Below, piece by piece: positions 11,064-19,577 of a stretch of 64,000 nt of DNA. Every line of letters starts with the position of its first letter. Within the stretch, counting starts at the first letter, position 1. Under the pieces are notes generated by a model. It saw nothing but the letters and a program-made list of their open reading frames with translations, searched no databases and had not been told where the DNA came from. This DNA comes from Eubacteriales bacterium (GTDB lineage: Bacteria > Bacillota > Clostridia > Oscillospirales > CAG-272), in assembly GCA_045658965.1 (NCBI GenBank), contig JAZOVZ010000106.1:3618-67617 (forward strand), read 5' to 3'. Both the position numbers and the translations under genes were made by a program.

Positions 11064-11408
11064 AAAATTTCCTCCTACCAAGATTTTTGAAGACCTCTTG
11101 CAAGGCCTTCTGTGAGTGCCGATATGAGAATTCGGCTCACATTAGGGGTACGGTGCTTGCCAATAATACCATGCACTGCGGGCAGAATCCGCACTCGCGG
11201 GACTCCGCTTGCGCGGAAATTGCCTGCTGCTCTCAAGCGTCGCGTAACGTGGCGTGATCACGCGCGCGCATGGGAACCGACCAAGCATCCGTTCGGAGCG
11301 ACCAAATTTCACTCCCGACTTATCCGCAGAGACCATACGCGCCCGTCAGACGCGAATGCCCCTTGCAAACAGCCCGTGGCATCAGCATTATTGCTATGCA
11401 ATTGTCTT

Positions 11409-11432
11409 CGGCGGCATGTGCCGCCGTTTTAG
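11409..11432 (+). terminator. Rho-independent terminator-like hairpin (CGGCGGCATGTGCCGCCG + TTTT)
   Basis: A perfect 7-bp GC stem followed by a T-run on the plus strand. It sits at the end of a 330-nt GC-rich noncoding block. Confidence 0.45.
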
Positions 11433-12098
11433 ATTTTCACGCCGATAATTCTTTCATCAAATATATCAGCGGTCAAAAATAAGGCCATTGCAAGCAACCC
11501 GGAACGGTCCGCAAATGCCCTAATATTGATGCGCTTATTATATATCAAAGTGACTTTTCTGTCAAGCGACCTTCTCGGTCAAAACGGGGCTCTTTCGCGC
11601 GTTTTTCGGGCAAAATCGCCGTTCACCGTTTGTTCAAACATTCATATTTTCCGTTTTTTGCGCCATGCAATCTCTGTTGCATAACCTTGCAATTTGTCAA
11701 TTGTAATTTTTATTTACTCATTTTTGACTAATAATCGCCTTTTTCCGCGTCATTGTCGCCCATTTTTGTGCATTATTTGGCGTTTTGCGGGTCGTACGTC
11801 GCGTTAGTGTAAATTTTGTTTACCCTTTTGAAAAACTCGTTTATTCATTTTTTATGCATTTTAGGGTGTCATTCTTTGTAACTGTTGCACAATTTTGAGG
11901 GTCATTTTTTTACGTCTTGACATTTTGCACAAATTTAACGACATTTCCACGCAGCACCTCCCCGCACCCCCTGCTTTCTGCCTGCCGTTACCTTTTTTCT
12001 TGAAGCGCTTCCATTAATTCCCTTTTATTTTATCTTCGGGTGCACGTAGGTTTCCCTGCAATCTCCACACATACAAGCACCTATTTTTCCCTCCCCTC

Positions 12099-12127
12099 TT
12101 GCATATTTCGCGGCTTTGTGCTATACT
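12099..12127 (+). promoter_or_regulatory. Sigma-70-type promoter for the rlmI-like gene
   Basis: TTGCAT (12099-12104), 17-nt spacer, TGcTATACT extended -10 (12122-12127). The start codon is 28 nt downstream. Confidence 0.5.
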
Positions 12128-12154
12128 GATTGCAGTACGTAACCGGAGGTTTTT

Positions 12155-13384
12155 ATGCTATCTGAACTCTCTAAAATCACGATCACCGAAAAAGGCGAAA
12201 AAATGCTGCGCGGCGGGCACGTTTGGGTGTTTGCCGACGAGGCGATCTCGATAGACACGCCCGTTGCAGACGGCGATATTGCATACGTCTACTCCACCAA
12301 GGGCAGATATCTGGGCGCAGGCTTTTACAACAGCGCCTCCAAGATCCGCGTGCGCATCCTTTCGCGCAACGCAAACGATACTTTTGATCAAAAATTCTGG
12401 CAAAGACGGCTGGAATACGCAATTTCCTACCGCCGTAGCGTCATGAAGGGTGACGACTTTAAGTGCTGCAGACTTATCTTCGGTGAGGCGGACTCCTTCC
12501 CGGGGCTGACCGTGGACAGATTTGATAATCTCCTTGTAGTACAAGCACTTTCGCTCGGAATTGAGCGCATCAAGCACGTGCTGATCCCCACGCTTGTGGA
12601 CGTTTTGCGCAGTATGGGAGAGACCATTGACGGCGTATATGAAAGAAACGACGTCGCCATCCGCCAAAAGGAAGGCATGGAGGAATATACCGGCTGGTTC
12701 CAGGGCTTTTGCCCCGAAAACGACGCGTCCGGCTTGACGAAAATCGCAGAAAACGGCATTGTTTACGACGTGGACGTTATAAACGGACAGAAAACGGGCT
12801 TTTTCCTGGATCAGAAGTACAACCGCGCCTCCATTCACGCGGTCGCGAAGGGCAAACGCGTGCTGGATTGCTTTACGCACACGGGATCTTTTGCGCTCAA
12901 CGCTGCCATCGCGGGCGCTGCGCACGTCACCGCCGTGGATATTTCCGAGGAAGCTATCAATATGGCACGTAAAAACGCGCAAAATAACGGTCTTGCGGAC
13001 AGAATGGACTTTGTCTGCACCGACGTTTTCGAGCTTTTGACCGACATGGCAAACAAGAAAGTGCCTTGCGATTACGATTTCATCATCCTCGATCCGCCCG
13101 CTTTCACCAAGAGCCGCGATACGCTCAAGAACGCCATCAGAGGCTACCGTGAGATCAATTCCAAGGCAATGAAGCTGCTTCCCAGAGGCGGTTATCTTGC
13201 CACCTGCTCCTGCTCGCACTTCATGACAGACACCTATTTCAAGCAAATGCTGCACAACGCAGCCGAGGATGCAGGCGTTTCCCTGCGCCAGATCGAGGCG
13301 CGTCAGCAGTCCCCCGACCACCCGATTTTGTGGAACGTTCCCGAGACAGATTACCTGAAATTCTACATTTTCCAGATCGTTTAA
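12155..13384 (+). CDS. rlmI: Class I SAM-dependent rRNA (cytosine-C5) methyltransferase, RlmI/YwbD-like (PUA + MTase)
   Basis: 409 aa. Motifs GQKTGFFLDQKYNR, LDCFTHTGSFALNAA and IILDPPAF. The antisense ORF 12158..13321 is a shadow. Confidence 0.8.
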   Translation: MLSELSKITITEKGEKMLRGGHVWVFADEAISIDTPVADGDIAYVYSTKGRYLGAGFYNSASKIRVRILSRNANDTFDQKFWQRRLEYAISYRRSVMKGDDFKCCRLIFGEADSFPGLTVDRFDNLLVVQALSLGIERIKHVLIPTLVDVLRSMGETIDGVYERNDVAIRQKEGMEEYTGWFQGFCPENDASGLTKIAENGIVYDVDVINGQKTGFFLDQKYNRASIHAVAKGKRVLDCFTHTGSFALNAAIAGAAHVTAVDISEEAINMARKNAQNNGLADRMDFVCTDVFELLTDMANKKVPCDYDFIILDPPAFTKSRDTLKNAIRGYREINSKAMKLLPRGGYLATCSCSHFMTDTYFKQMLHNAAEDAGVSLRQIEARQQSPDHPILWNVPETDYLKFYIFQIV

Positions 13385-13480
13385 CGCATTATTGTTTATT
13401 ATTCAATCATTTGTTTAGTAACACGGTGTAAAACAGCAGGCTCACACGAGGCTCTGCAAAATTAGCGGTAAAATTGAATA

Positions 13481-13601
13481 GCCTTCCCCAGTGGGGGAAG
13501 GTGGCACGCGAAGCGTGACGGATGAGGTGTTTTCAATCTCCAAGTAACTCCTCATCCACCGCTGACGCGGTCCCCCTTCTCCCACAGGAGAAGGCTTTTT
13601 T
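13481..13601. repeat. String of hairpins related to the 321-bp MITE family; the last hairpin doubles as the rlmI terminator
   Basis: Hairpins seen: CCTTCCCCagtGGGGGAAGG, CACGCgaaGCGTG, GGATGAGG..CCTCATCC, and CCTTCTCCcacaGGAGAAGG followed by TTTTTT (13575-13601). It shares CCTCATCCACCGC..CGCG with the TIR at 38409. Confidence 0.6.
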
Positions 13602-13648
13602 GATATGCAGAAAGCAAAGAAAAGCCCCGCGCGAGGTGGGGCGGGAAA

Positions 13649-14302
13649 TCACATATCTTCGTTTTCTAAATAGTTTAATAATGTTTGACCTTCCTCAATT
13701 AGAGATAGTGCTTGAGCCGCTGATTTTATGTTAATATCTGGGTATTCAAATTCTGCACTCCAATCGGCTTCTTCAATTCGCTCTAAAAATCGTAATAGCA
13801 TAATTTTTCCTAAAACAGCTTTTGAATAAATGTCGGTATCCGCACAATTCTCAATGATAAATTCATAGTGGAGCAAGGAGTTTTCAATAAGGTCATTAAA
13901 AAACTCACTACTTGGATTATCCGATAGATTTTCATCAAAGGCAAGCTGATACTCGGAAAATGCCAGCCACTCTAAATAATCAAAGTCTTTTGGATATGCC
14001 AAGCAGGCTTCTTTTGCCCACCAATAACTGACGCTATGATCTTGGCTTTTCCTGTATTTTTGTAGGGCGGAATTGTACTTTTTCCTTGTAACATCATCAT
14101 TAGCTTCCGTTATTCCCAGCAATTCATCAGCACTTATATTAAAAAGCTTTGTGAGTGGAGGAATTAATGAAAGATCAGGACTTGATAAGCCACATTCCCA
14201 TTTGGAGACTGCTTGATACGAGACGCATAGATGTTCTGCAAGCTTTTCCTGTGTCATATTGTTTTGCTTTCGTAACATTTTTATTTTTTCACCTATCGTC
14301 AT
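13649..14302 (-). CDS. XRE-family HTH transcriptional regulator with helical (TPR-like) C-terminal domain
   Basis: HTH_3 signature IKMLRKQNNMTQEKLAEHLCVSYQAVSKWECG. Start placed at ATG 14302 after GGAGAGG. About 35% GC against about 55% in the flanks. Confidence 0.8.
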   Translation of the reverse strand: MTIGEKIKMLRKQNNMTQEKLAEHLCVSYQAVSKWECGLSSPDLSLIPPLTKLFNISADELLGITEANDDVTRKKYNSALQKYRKSQDHSVSYWWAKEACLAYPKDFDYLEWLAFSEYQLAFDENLSDNPSSEFFNDLIENSLLHYEFIIENCADTDIYSKAVLGKIMLLRFLERIEEADWSAEFEYPDINIKSAAQALSLIEEGQTLLNYLENEDM

Positions 14303-14562
14303 AGTAATTACCTCTCCCACAGATTCTTTAACTTTATCCTAATTATACCATACTCTGCATAACAACGCAATAACTTGTTTTTCGAAAGCAACGCAACCTA
14401 CGGTTGAAGAGTAAGTTTCCGCTTTCCCGACGCTCGCGTCTGGGGCAAGCATAGCGCGTGGCAGTCCACGCACCATCGGGCAGAAGCCCGAACCCACTAT
14501 CCGCAGGAGAATGGCGCACAAAAGCCTCCCTCCGAGAGGGAGGGGGACGGCAAATTGTCAAG

Positions 14563-15474
14563 TCAAGTGCAACACTTTTTAGAGATGAAATCCAAGGGGG
14601 AAAGGAAATCAAGGCATTTACGAGGACGAGAGTTGATGAGATGAACAACACTCAACAGATAATCTTCAGAAACTAAAGAAAAATCGGTACCTTTTGGAAA
14701 GAAAAATCGCAGGATGTCATTTGTATTCTCATCCAAACCACGTTGCCAAGGAGCATGTGGATCAGCGAAATAGATCGTAGTATTAAGATCCTGCTCAATG
14801 CCTTTAAAGTCAGCGAACTCTGAACCGTTATCCAGAGTTATCGTATGTATTGGCATAGGAAGCTCCAACAAATCAAATGCGTGTTTTGTAGCTTTTCGTA
14901 CTTCAACCATTGTATGGTTTGGAGAAATGGCAGCGGTTAGAAGTCGGCTTCTTCTATCAACCTGTGTTACAAGACAACTCTTATTTTTGGCTCCGCAAAT
15001 AGTGTCTCCTTCCCAGTCACCAATTCGTGTTCGATCATTGACTATGGAAGGGCGGTCATGGATTGTACGTTCCGGATGAATAGTTGCGTGATTCCCATGT
15101 TTTGCGTGCTTTTTCTTGCCTTTTCTGCGAAAATGAGTTTGAGGTTTAATGTTCGGAAGCAATCCCGCTCTGACAGCTTGATATATGGTAGAAAAAGAGA
15201 TGCAATATCCTTTTTCTTTACAATAGTGCGCTGTCAATTCCGGTGACCAATACTTTTTCAAACATGATTCTATGAGCTTGTACAGTTCGGTATTTTTTTG
15301 AATCGCTGGTTTACGAACACATTTCCTTCGGCGGATTATATAAAGTGTTGTTGCTCTCCAAGGATTGTATCTGTGCTTTTTCTGACTGTAATTCCTGCGC
15401 ACCTCTCGACTGATCGTAGAGGGGCTTCTGTCCATCAATTTTGCGATTTCTCGAAAACTTTTTCCTTGTTTCAA
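14563..15474 (-). CDS. IS30-family transposase (possibly N-terminally disrupted)
   Basis: 303 aa with motifs RSPSTISREVRRN, DNGSEFADF and PHAPWQRGLDENTNDILRFFFPKG. The listed start is a TTG. An upstream in-frame ATG with a good SD is followed directly by TAG (see findings). Confidence 0.85.
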   Translation of the reverse strand: MKQGKSFREIAKLMDRSPSTISREVRRNYSQKKHRYNPWRATTLYIIRRRKCVRKPAIQKNTELYKLIESCLKKYWSPELTAHYCKEKGYCISFSTIYQAVRAGLLPNIKPQTHFRRKGKKKHAKHGNHATIHPERTIHDRPSIVNDRTRIGDWEGDTICGAKNKSCLVTQVDRRSRLLTAAISPNHTMVEVRKATKHAFDLLELPMPIHTITLDNGSEFADFKGIEQDLNTTIYFADPHAPWQRGLDENTNDILRFFFPKGTDFSLVSEDYLLSVVHLINSRPRKCLDFLSPLDFISKKCCT

Positions 15475-15688
15475 AAATTCCTGTAGACAAATTCGTTCTG
15501 ATAGTGTAAAATGTGTGTAAGACTACATTTCAACCTCCGTTTTTTATGTTTGTGTGGTAACTACATTTTACACGAAAGTTGATTTGAAGTCTACTCCTTT
15601 TTCGCCGGCTTGGTATATTTTTCGTTTCGGGCTTTGCCCTCAACTCAAAATATACCAAGCCCTTTCTTTTTTAGGTGTTGCACTTAAT
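14563..15688 (-). mobile_element. IS30-family insertion sequence (about 1.1 kb)
   Basis: Terminal inverted repeats TCAAGTGCAACAC (14563-14575) and GTGTTGCACTTAA (15675-15687), 12/13 complementary, bracket an IS30-type transposase. The flanks on both sides are hairpin-repeat DNA. Confidence 0.8.
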
Positions 15689-15930
15689 ATTTTAACCTGC
15701 CGACCGCGTTAGCGGTGGAAGGAGCCTGCGTCGCTTGGGATTTATATTGACCTCATTGTAACGCGCTCTCCCTCAGTCGCCTTCGGCGCCAGCTCCCTCC
15801 CGGAGGGAGCCTTTCGTAAGTTCCCAACGACAAAAACACCACCAAAGAAAATTCCTTGGTGGTGTTCGTGTTTTCTCCGCTAAAGATGCATAGCAGAGCC
15901 TGCTGTTTTATATTTTACGTACGCAGTTGA

Positions 15931-16890
15931 TTACAGACCCAATACCGCTGCGCCAACGATGCCTGCATCGTTGCCGAGCTTTGCGATACGGATATCGGTC
16001 AGCTTAACAAGGCCGCCGCCGTACTGCTCTGCTCTGACCTTGGGAATCAGCATATCCAAGAGGTACTGACCCTCACCCGAAACACCGCCGCCCAGCGAGA
16101 GCACCTCGGGCTGGAAGATGTTGATGACGTTGCCGATACCGGTTGCCAGATAATCCACGTAAGTATCCACGACCTCTTTCGCAGCCTCATCGCCTGCGCG
16201 CAGTGCGTCAAACGCAGTTCTGCCGGATACCTTACACTTCTGCGCAACCAGATCGGTCATCAGCGTTGCTCTGCCGCTCTTCTCGCACTCCTCGATCTTC
16301 TCACGGGTCATGCGGATCAGCGCGGTTGCCGAGCTGTATGCCTCCCAGCAGCCCTTTCTGCCGCAGGAGCACTGCACGCCGTCCTTGACGATGACGATAT
16401 GGCCCAGCTCCGCACCTGCGTAGTTAAAGCCGGAGAACACCTTGTTATCGATAATGATGCCGCCGCCAACGCCAGTGCCCAGCGTGATCATAACAGAGTT
16501 TACGCTACCCTTTGCAGCACCTGCGATCGCCTCGCCCCATGCCGCTGCGTTAGCGTCGTTTTCAATGTAAAATGCCTTTGCGGGGAAATCCTTTTTGATC
16601 AGATCGCAGATCTCGAACTGATGGAAGGGCAGATTGTTGGTATATACGACCACACCGGTGTCATGGTCGCAGATACCGGGAGAAGCGATACCGACAGAAT
16701 CGATATCCTCGACGCCAATGCCATACTCTTTGCAAATTCTGTGGCAAAGAGCAGCCATGCTTGCCGCGATCTCCTCTGCGGGACGCTGCGCCTCGGTAGG
16801 CACGCTTGCCTTGTGAACGATACGATACTCACTGTCAACAATTCCTGCGGCGATATTGGTTCCGCCAAGGTCAATTCCGATACGGTACAT
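15931..16890 (-). CDS. glcK: ROK-family glucokinase
   Basis: 319 aa. MYRIGIDLGGTNIAAGIV N-terminus and the ROK zinc motif CSCGRKGCWEAY. Confidence 0.85.
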   Translation of the reverse strand: MYRIGIDLGGTNIAAGIVDSEYRIVHKASVPTEAQRPAEEIAASMAALCHRICKEYGIGVEDIDSVGIASPGICDHDTGVVVYTNNLPFHQFEICDLIKKDFPAKAFYIENDANAAAWGEAIAGAAKGSVNSVMITLGTGVGGGIIIDNKVFSGFNYAGAELGHIVIVKDGVQCSCGRKGCWEAYSSATALIRMTREKIEECEKSGRATLMTDLVAQKCKVSGRTAFDALRAGDEAAKEVVDTYVDYLATGIGNVINIFQPEVLSLGGGVSGEGQYLLDMLIPKVRAEQYGGGLVKLTDIRIAKLGNDAGIVGAAVLGL

Positions 16891-16994
16891 AAGAATTCCT
16901 CCCCAAATTTCCGCGGTGCACGCATGCGTGCCGCTCTTTCGTTCTTTATTATACTAAAATCTTTTCTTTTTGTCAATCAAAATTTCACATTTTA

Positions 16995-18176
16995 TTACGC
17001 AACCATATCAAGCGCGAACTTGGGCACGTAGTAATACACCACCACGCGTGCTGCGGGTGCGGCCTCGCCCGTAACGAAATCACGGCGTGCCACCGGCACG
17101 TAAGGCGTGGGGTTGCAATCGGTCTTGCTGGAGATCTTACCGCCACCGGTGATGTTGCCGAAGATCTCTCCCCAGCCACCGTAGTAGTTCAGATACTCCT
17201 GGAAGTCATTGTAATGGTTGTAGGTATAGAACACGTAGCGCTCGTTGATGTCAATGATCTTGTCACCGTTGATATCAAAGCGCGCGTACACGATGCGGGC
17301 TGCTCCGCGCGTGATGCTGTGACCGTTGTTATAGATCGCAGGGCGGTAGGCGGGATCGCAATCCGTGCCCGTGGTGCCGATGTCGATCTCGTAATACTCC
17401 AGTCTGCCGCCGCAGCCGCTGATATCGGGCAGCTCGGGCTCATAGGGGTACTTGGTCGTACTGCCCGAGAACTTTGTATGGTTGACGCGCAGATACTCGC
17501 CCCAGATGCTGTCGTCGGGATCGGTCTTTTTGGACGTGGTGTAGTTAGCGGGAATGTTGCCAAAAGCGAACACGTACGCCGCAACCTCTTCCAGTGACAC
17601 GTATGCCGCACCCTTGTGCACCTGACTGACCACTTGACCGTTGTAGTCTACAATATAATAGGTGTTGCCGTCCTCGGAGAAGGATGCGTGCGTGTTGCGC
17701 ACCAGCATGCCGTTCTCGGTGGGCTGCTGCTCTGCGATGGTAGGCTTTTGATCCTGCGGCTCGATCGAGCCCGACATAAAGCCGTGCTGGGTGCGCCAGT
17801 AAGCGTCCCAGTATTCCTCTGCAGGCTCGTAGTCGCTGTAGAATTCCGCCGCCGACATATTGACGTAAGGGTCAACGTCGGGGCTGAACAAGGACTCGGG
17901 CGGTGCCTCGGTGGTAATCTCCTCGGTCGTGGGTTCTTCGGTTGTAGGCTCTTCGGTTGTTTCCTCGGTCGTAGGCTCCGTCGGTGCTTCGGTTGGCTGC
18001 TCCGTAGGCTGTTCGGTCGTGGGTTCAGGATCAGCGGTCGATTCCTGAATCGACCCTACAGGCGCAATTGTCTCGATCTGCGTCGTGTCGGCAGGCTCGG
18101 GTACAGGAAGGTCGCAGCCCAGCAGCAGCGCGCAGATCAAGAGCAACGCACCAATCAAAGTAACTGTTTTTTTCAT
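16995..18176 (-). CDS. Lipoprotein with Pro/Thr/Glu-rich linker and C-terminal barnase-family (N1/T1-type) ribonuclease domain
   Basis: Signal peptide plus lipobox (LLICALLLGC). The C-terminus aligns by eye to barnase: AAYVFAFGNIPANYTTSKK vs ADYLQTYHKLPDNYITKSE; YYEIDI vs WREADI (Glu); RGAARIVY vs NSDRILY (Arg); YTYNHYNDF vs TTDHYQTF (His). Confidence 0.7.
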   Translation of the reverse strand: MKKTVTLIGALLLICALLLGCDLPVPEPADTTQIETIAPVGSIQESTADPEPTTEQPTEQPTEAPTEPTTEETTEEPTTEEPTTEEITTEAPPESLFSPDVDPYVNMSAAEFYSDYEPAEEYWDAYWRTQHGFMSGSIEPQDQKPTIAEQQPTENGMLVRNTHASFSEDGNTYYIVDYNGQVVSQVHKGAAYVSLEEVAAYVFAFGNIPANYTTSKKTDPDDSIWGEYLRVNHTKFSGSTTKYPYEPELPDISGCGGRLEYYEIDIGTTGTDCDPAYRPAIYNNGHSITRGAARIVYARFDINGDKIIDINERYVFYTYNHYNDFQEYLNYYGGWGEIFGNITGGGKISSKTDCNPTPYVPVARRDFVTGEAAPAARVVVYYYVPKFALDMVA

Positions 18177-18185
18177 GCTTTCTCC

Positions 18186-18893
18186 TTAAATCTCGGTTCG
18201 TCCGCAATATTTCATATCGGGTCCGTGCGCGTACAAATGAGAGGTATCGGAATAGCAAAGCATGCGCGGTACGGTAAAGCCCGTTTTTTGGTTTTTGAAT
18301 TCGATCACGGTCACACCCGTGTGGTTGTAGTGAAAGCCCGCCCAAACAAGATGCAGCGGAATATGCAAGAGGTAGGATATCAAGATCCTGCCCGTTCCCG
18401 CATGGCAAAACAGCGCGACCTTGTCGTCGCTCGGCCGGGTGATGCGGTAAACGCCGTCCTCTTCCGCATAGCCAAGGCGAGAAAGGAAATCCCTGCCGCC
18501 CGCGCTGATCTTTTCCAGCGCGTCCTGCATGCCCGAGGTAGAAAAGCCGGGACATTCAAAGGTGCGGTCAAAATCCAGATCGATCGCACCGTCGCGGCGC
18601 AGATCGACGCGGTCAACAAGCGAGACCGATTTGAGCTTGCCGTCGGGATAGGGCGTCAGCCTGTGCTCGTCACCGATCTCGTGCGACCAGGGTTCGATCG
18701 TATACTCCAGGCCCAGCAATCTGCAGGTCGGCTCGGCAGTCTGCTTTGCTCTGCCCATGGGCGAGCAAAACACGCGGTTGATCCCCGACGTGGCAAGTCT
18801 CTTGCCCACCGCCTCCGCCTGCGCCCACCCGCGCTCGGTCAGCGTGTCGGTGGTGTAGTCGGGATCACCGTGGCGAATGATGTAGAGTAACAT
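18186..18893 (-). CDS. Histidine phosphatase (phosphoglycerate-mutase-like) family protein
   Basis: 235 aa. N-terminal LLYIIRHGDPDY (RHG catalytic motif). Confidence 0.75.
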   Translation of the reverse strand: MLLYIIRHGDPDYTTDTLTERGWAQAEAVGKRLATSGINRVFCSPMGRAKQTAEPTCRLLGLEYTIEPWSHEIGDEHRLTPYPDGKLKSVSLVDRVDLRRDGAIDLDFDRTFECPGFSTSGMQDALEKISAGGRDFLSRLGYAEEDGVYRITRPSDDKVALFCHAGTGRILISYLLHIPLHLVWAGFHYNHTGVTVIEFKNQKTGFTVPRMLCYSDTSHLYAHGPDMKYCGRTEI

Positions 18894-18903
18894 GGTCCTC
18901 TCC

Positions 18904-19557
18904 TTATACGACTCTGTCGATTACCTCGCACGCGTGCAGAAGGTCTGCTGCATCCATCTTGAGGCAAGCGGTGCTTGCAGGCAAGCTGCCCACCAACTTT
19001 TTGTAAATCGCCAATGCCGCTACGCAGCTGCCTGCGTAAGAGGGGTGCGAGAGGTCGGGATCGTACAATTCGATCTCGGGATATGCCTTGCGGATCTCAA
19101 AGAAGCTCTTGCCCACGTGCGCGCACGTGCCGCCAACCTTGCGGGCTGCCGCATCGTAAGAGGCTGCCAAGCCCTCGGTCATGGTCTGATTGGTCCAGCC
19201 GAACTCATCCAGCAGATCACAGCCCTCCTTGCGTCCCCAGGTCGCGTACAGCACGGTGCGGGCGGGCTTGACCAGCTCGACGCAGCCGCAAACGCCGTGC
19301 AGAAATTCGCGGTAGTATTCCATGGCGTTGGAGCTCTGCTCCTGCAGGATCAGCACGTCATAGGAGGTCTGCTTGCATTTTTCCACGACCTCTGCGTGCA
19401 AGGCATCGTTTTCATCCAAATTCTGCCAAAGCACTCTGCCGCCTGCGGTGACCGAGTCCACCTTGGCGTCAACCTTGTTTTCGTCAAGCAACGCCTGCAG
19501 GATCTTGGGCATATCAAAAAAGTAGGTGTAGCTGTTTCCAAGCATCAAAATTTTCAT
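18904..19557 (-). CDS. SGNH/DUF4886-like hydrolase family protein
   Basis: Start moved to ATG 19557 (MKILMLGNSYTYFFDMP) after AAGGAG. This avoids overlap with the GH127 gene. The family call rests on the N-terminal motif only. Confidence 0.45.
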   Translation of the reverse strand: MKILMLGNSYTYFFDMPKILQALLDENKVDAKVDSVTAGGRVLWQNLDENDALHAEVVEKCKQTSYDVLILQEQSSNAMEYYREFLHGVCGCVELVKPARTVLYATWGRKEGCDLLDEFGWTNQTMTEGLAASYDAAARKVGGTCAHVGKSFFEIRKAYPEIELYDPDLSHPSYAGSCVAALAIYKKLVGSLPASTACLKMDAADLLHACEVIDRVV

Positions 19558-19577
19558 AATCTTACTCCTTCGTAGTC

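Noticed and set aside
8535-11090. Long antisense ORFs. These include 8535..11090 (+), 7302..8432 (+), 12158..13321 (-), 17616..18890 (+), 19617..20627 (+), 25761..27116 (+), 34239..36320 (-), 47869..49716 (-), 50273..52453 (-), 52850..53761 (-), 53810..54877 (-), 55854..56534 (-), 56507..57199 (-) and 62446..63282 (-)
   Set aside because: Each lies opposite a gene with clear family motifs. They show shadow-ORF composition (high V/G/A/R/H, few K/E/I) and have no ribosome-binding sites.
11086-11436. Known structured RNA (RNase P, tmRNA, SRP RNA, cobalamin/TPP/FMN/c-di-AMP riboswitch)
   Set aside because: I looked on both strands for GAGGAAAGTCC, ACAGAA..GGCTTA, the tmRNA 3' TCCACCA end, the SRP GGAAG motif, the B12 box and other signature strings, and found none. 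It is left as an unclassified structured region.
16891-18185. Barstar-like inhibitor gene next to the barnase-family lipoprotein
   Set aside because: The only small ORFs there (16985..17179, 17189..17611 and others) are alternative-frame shadows of the RNase gene itself. None is a plausible inhibitor.
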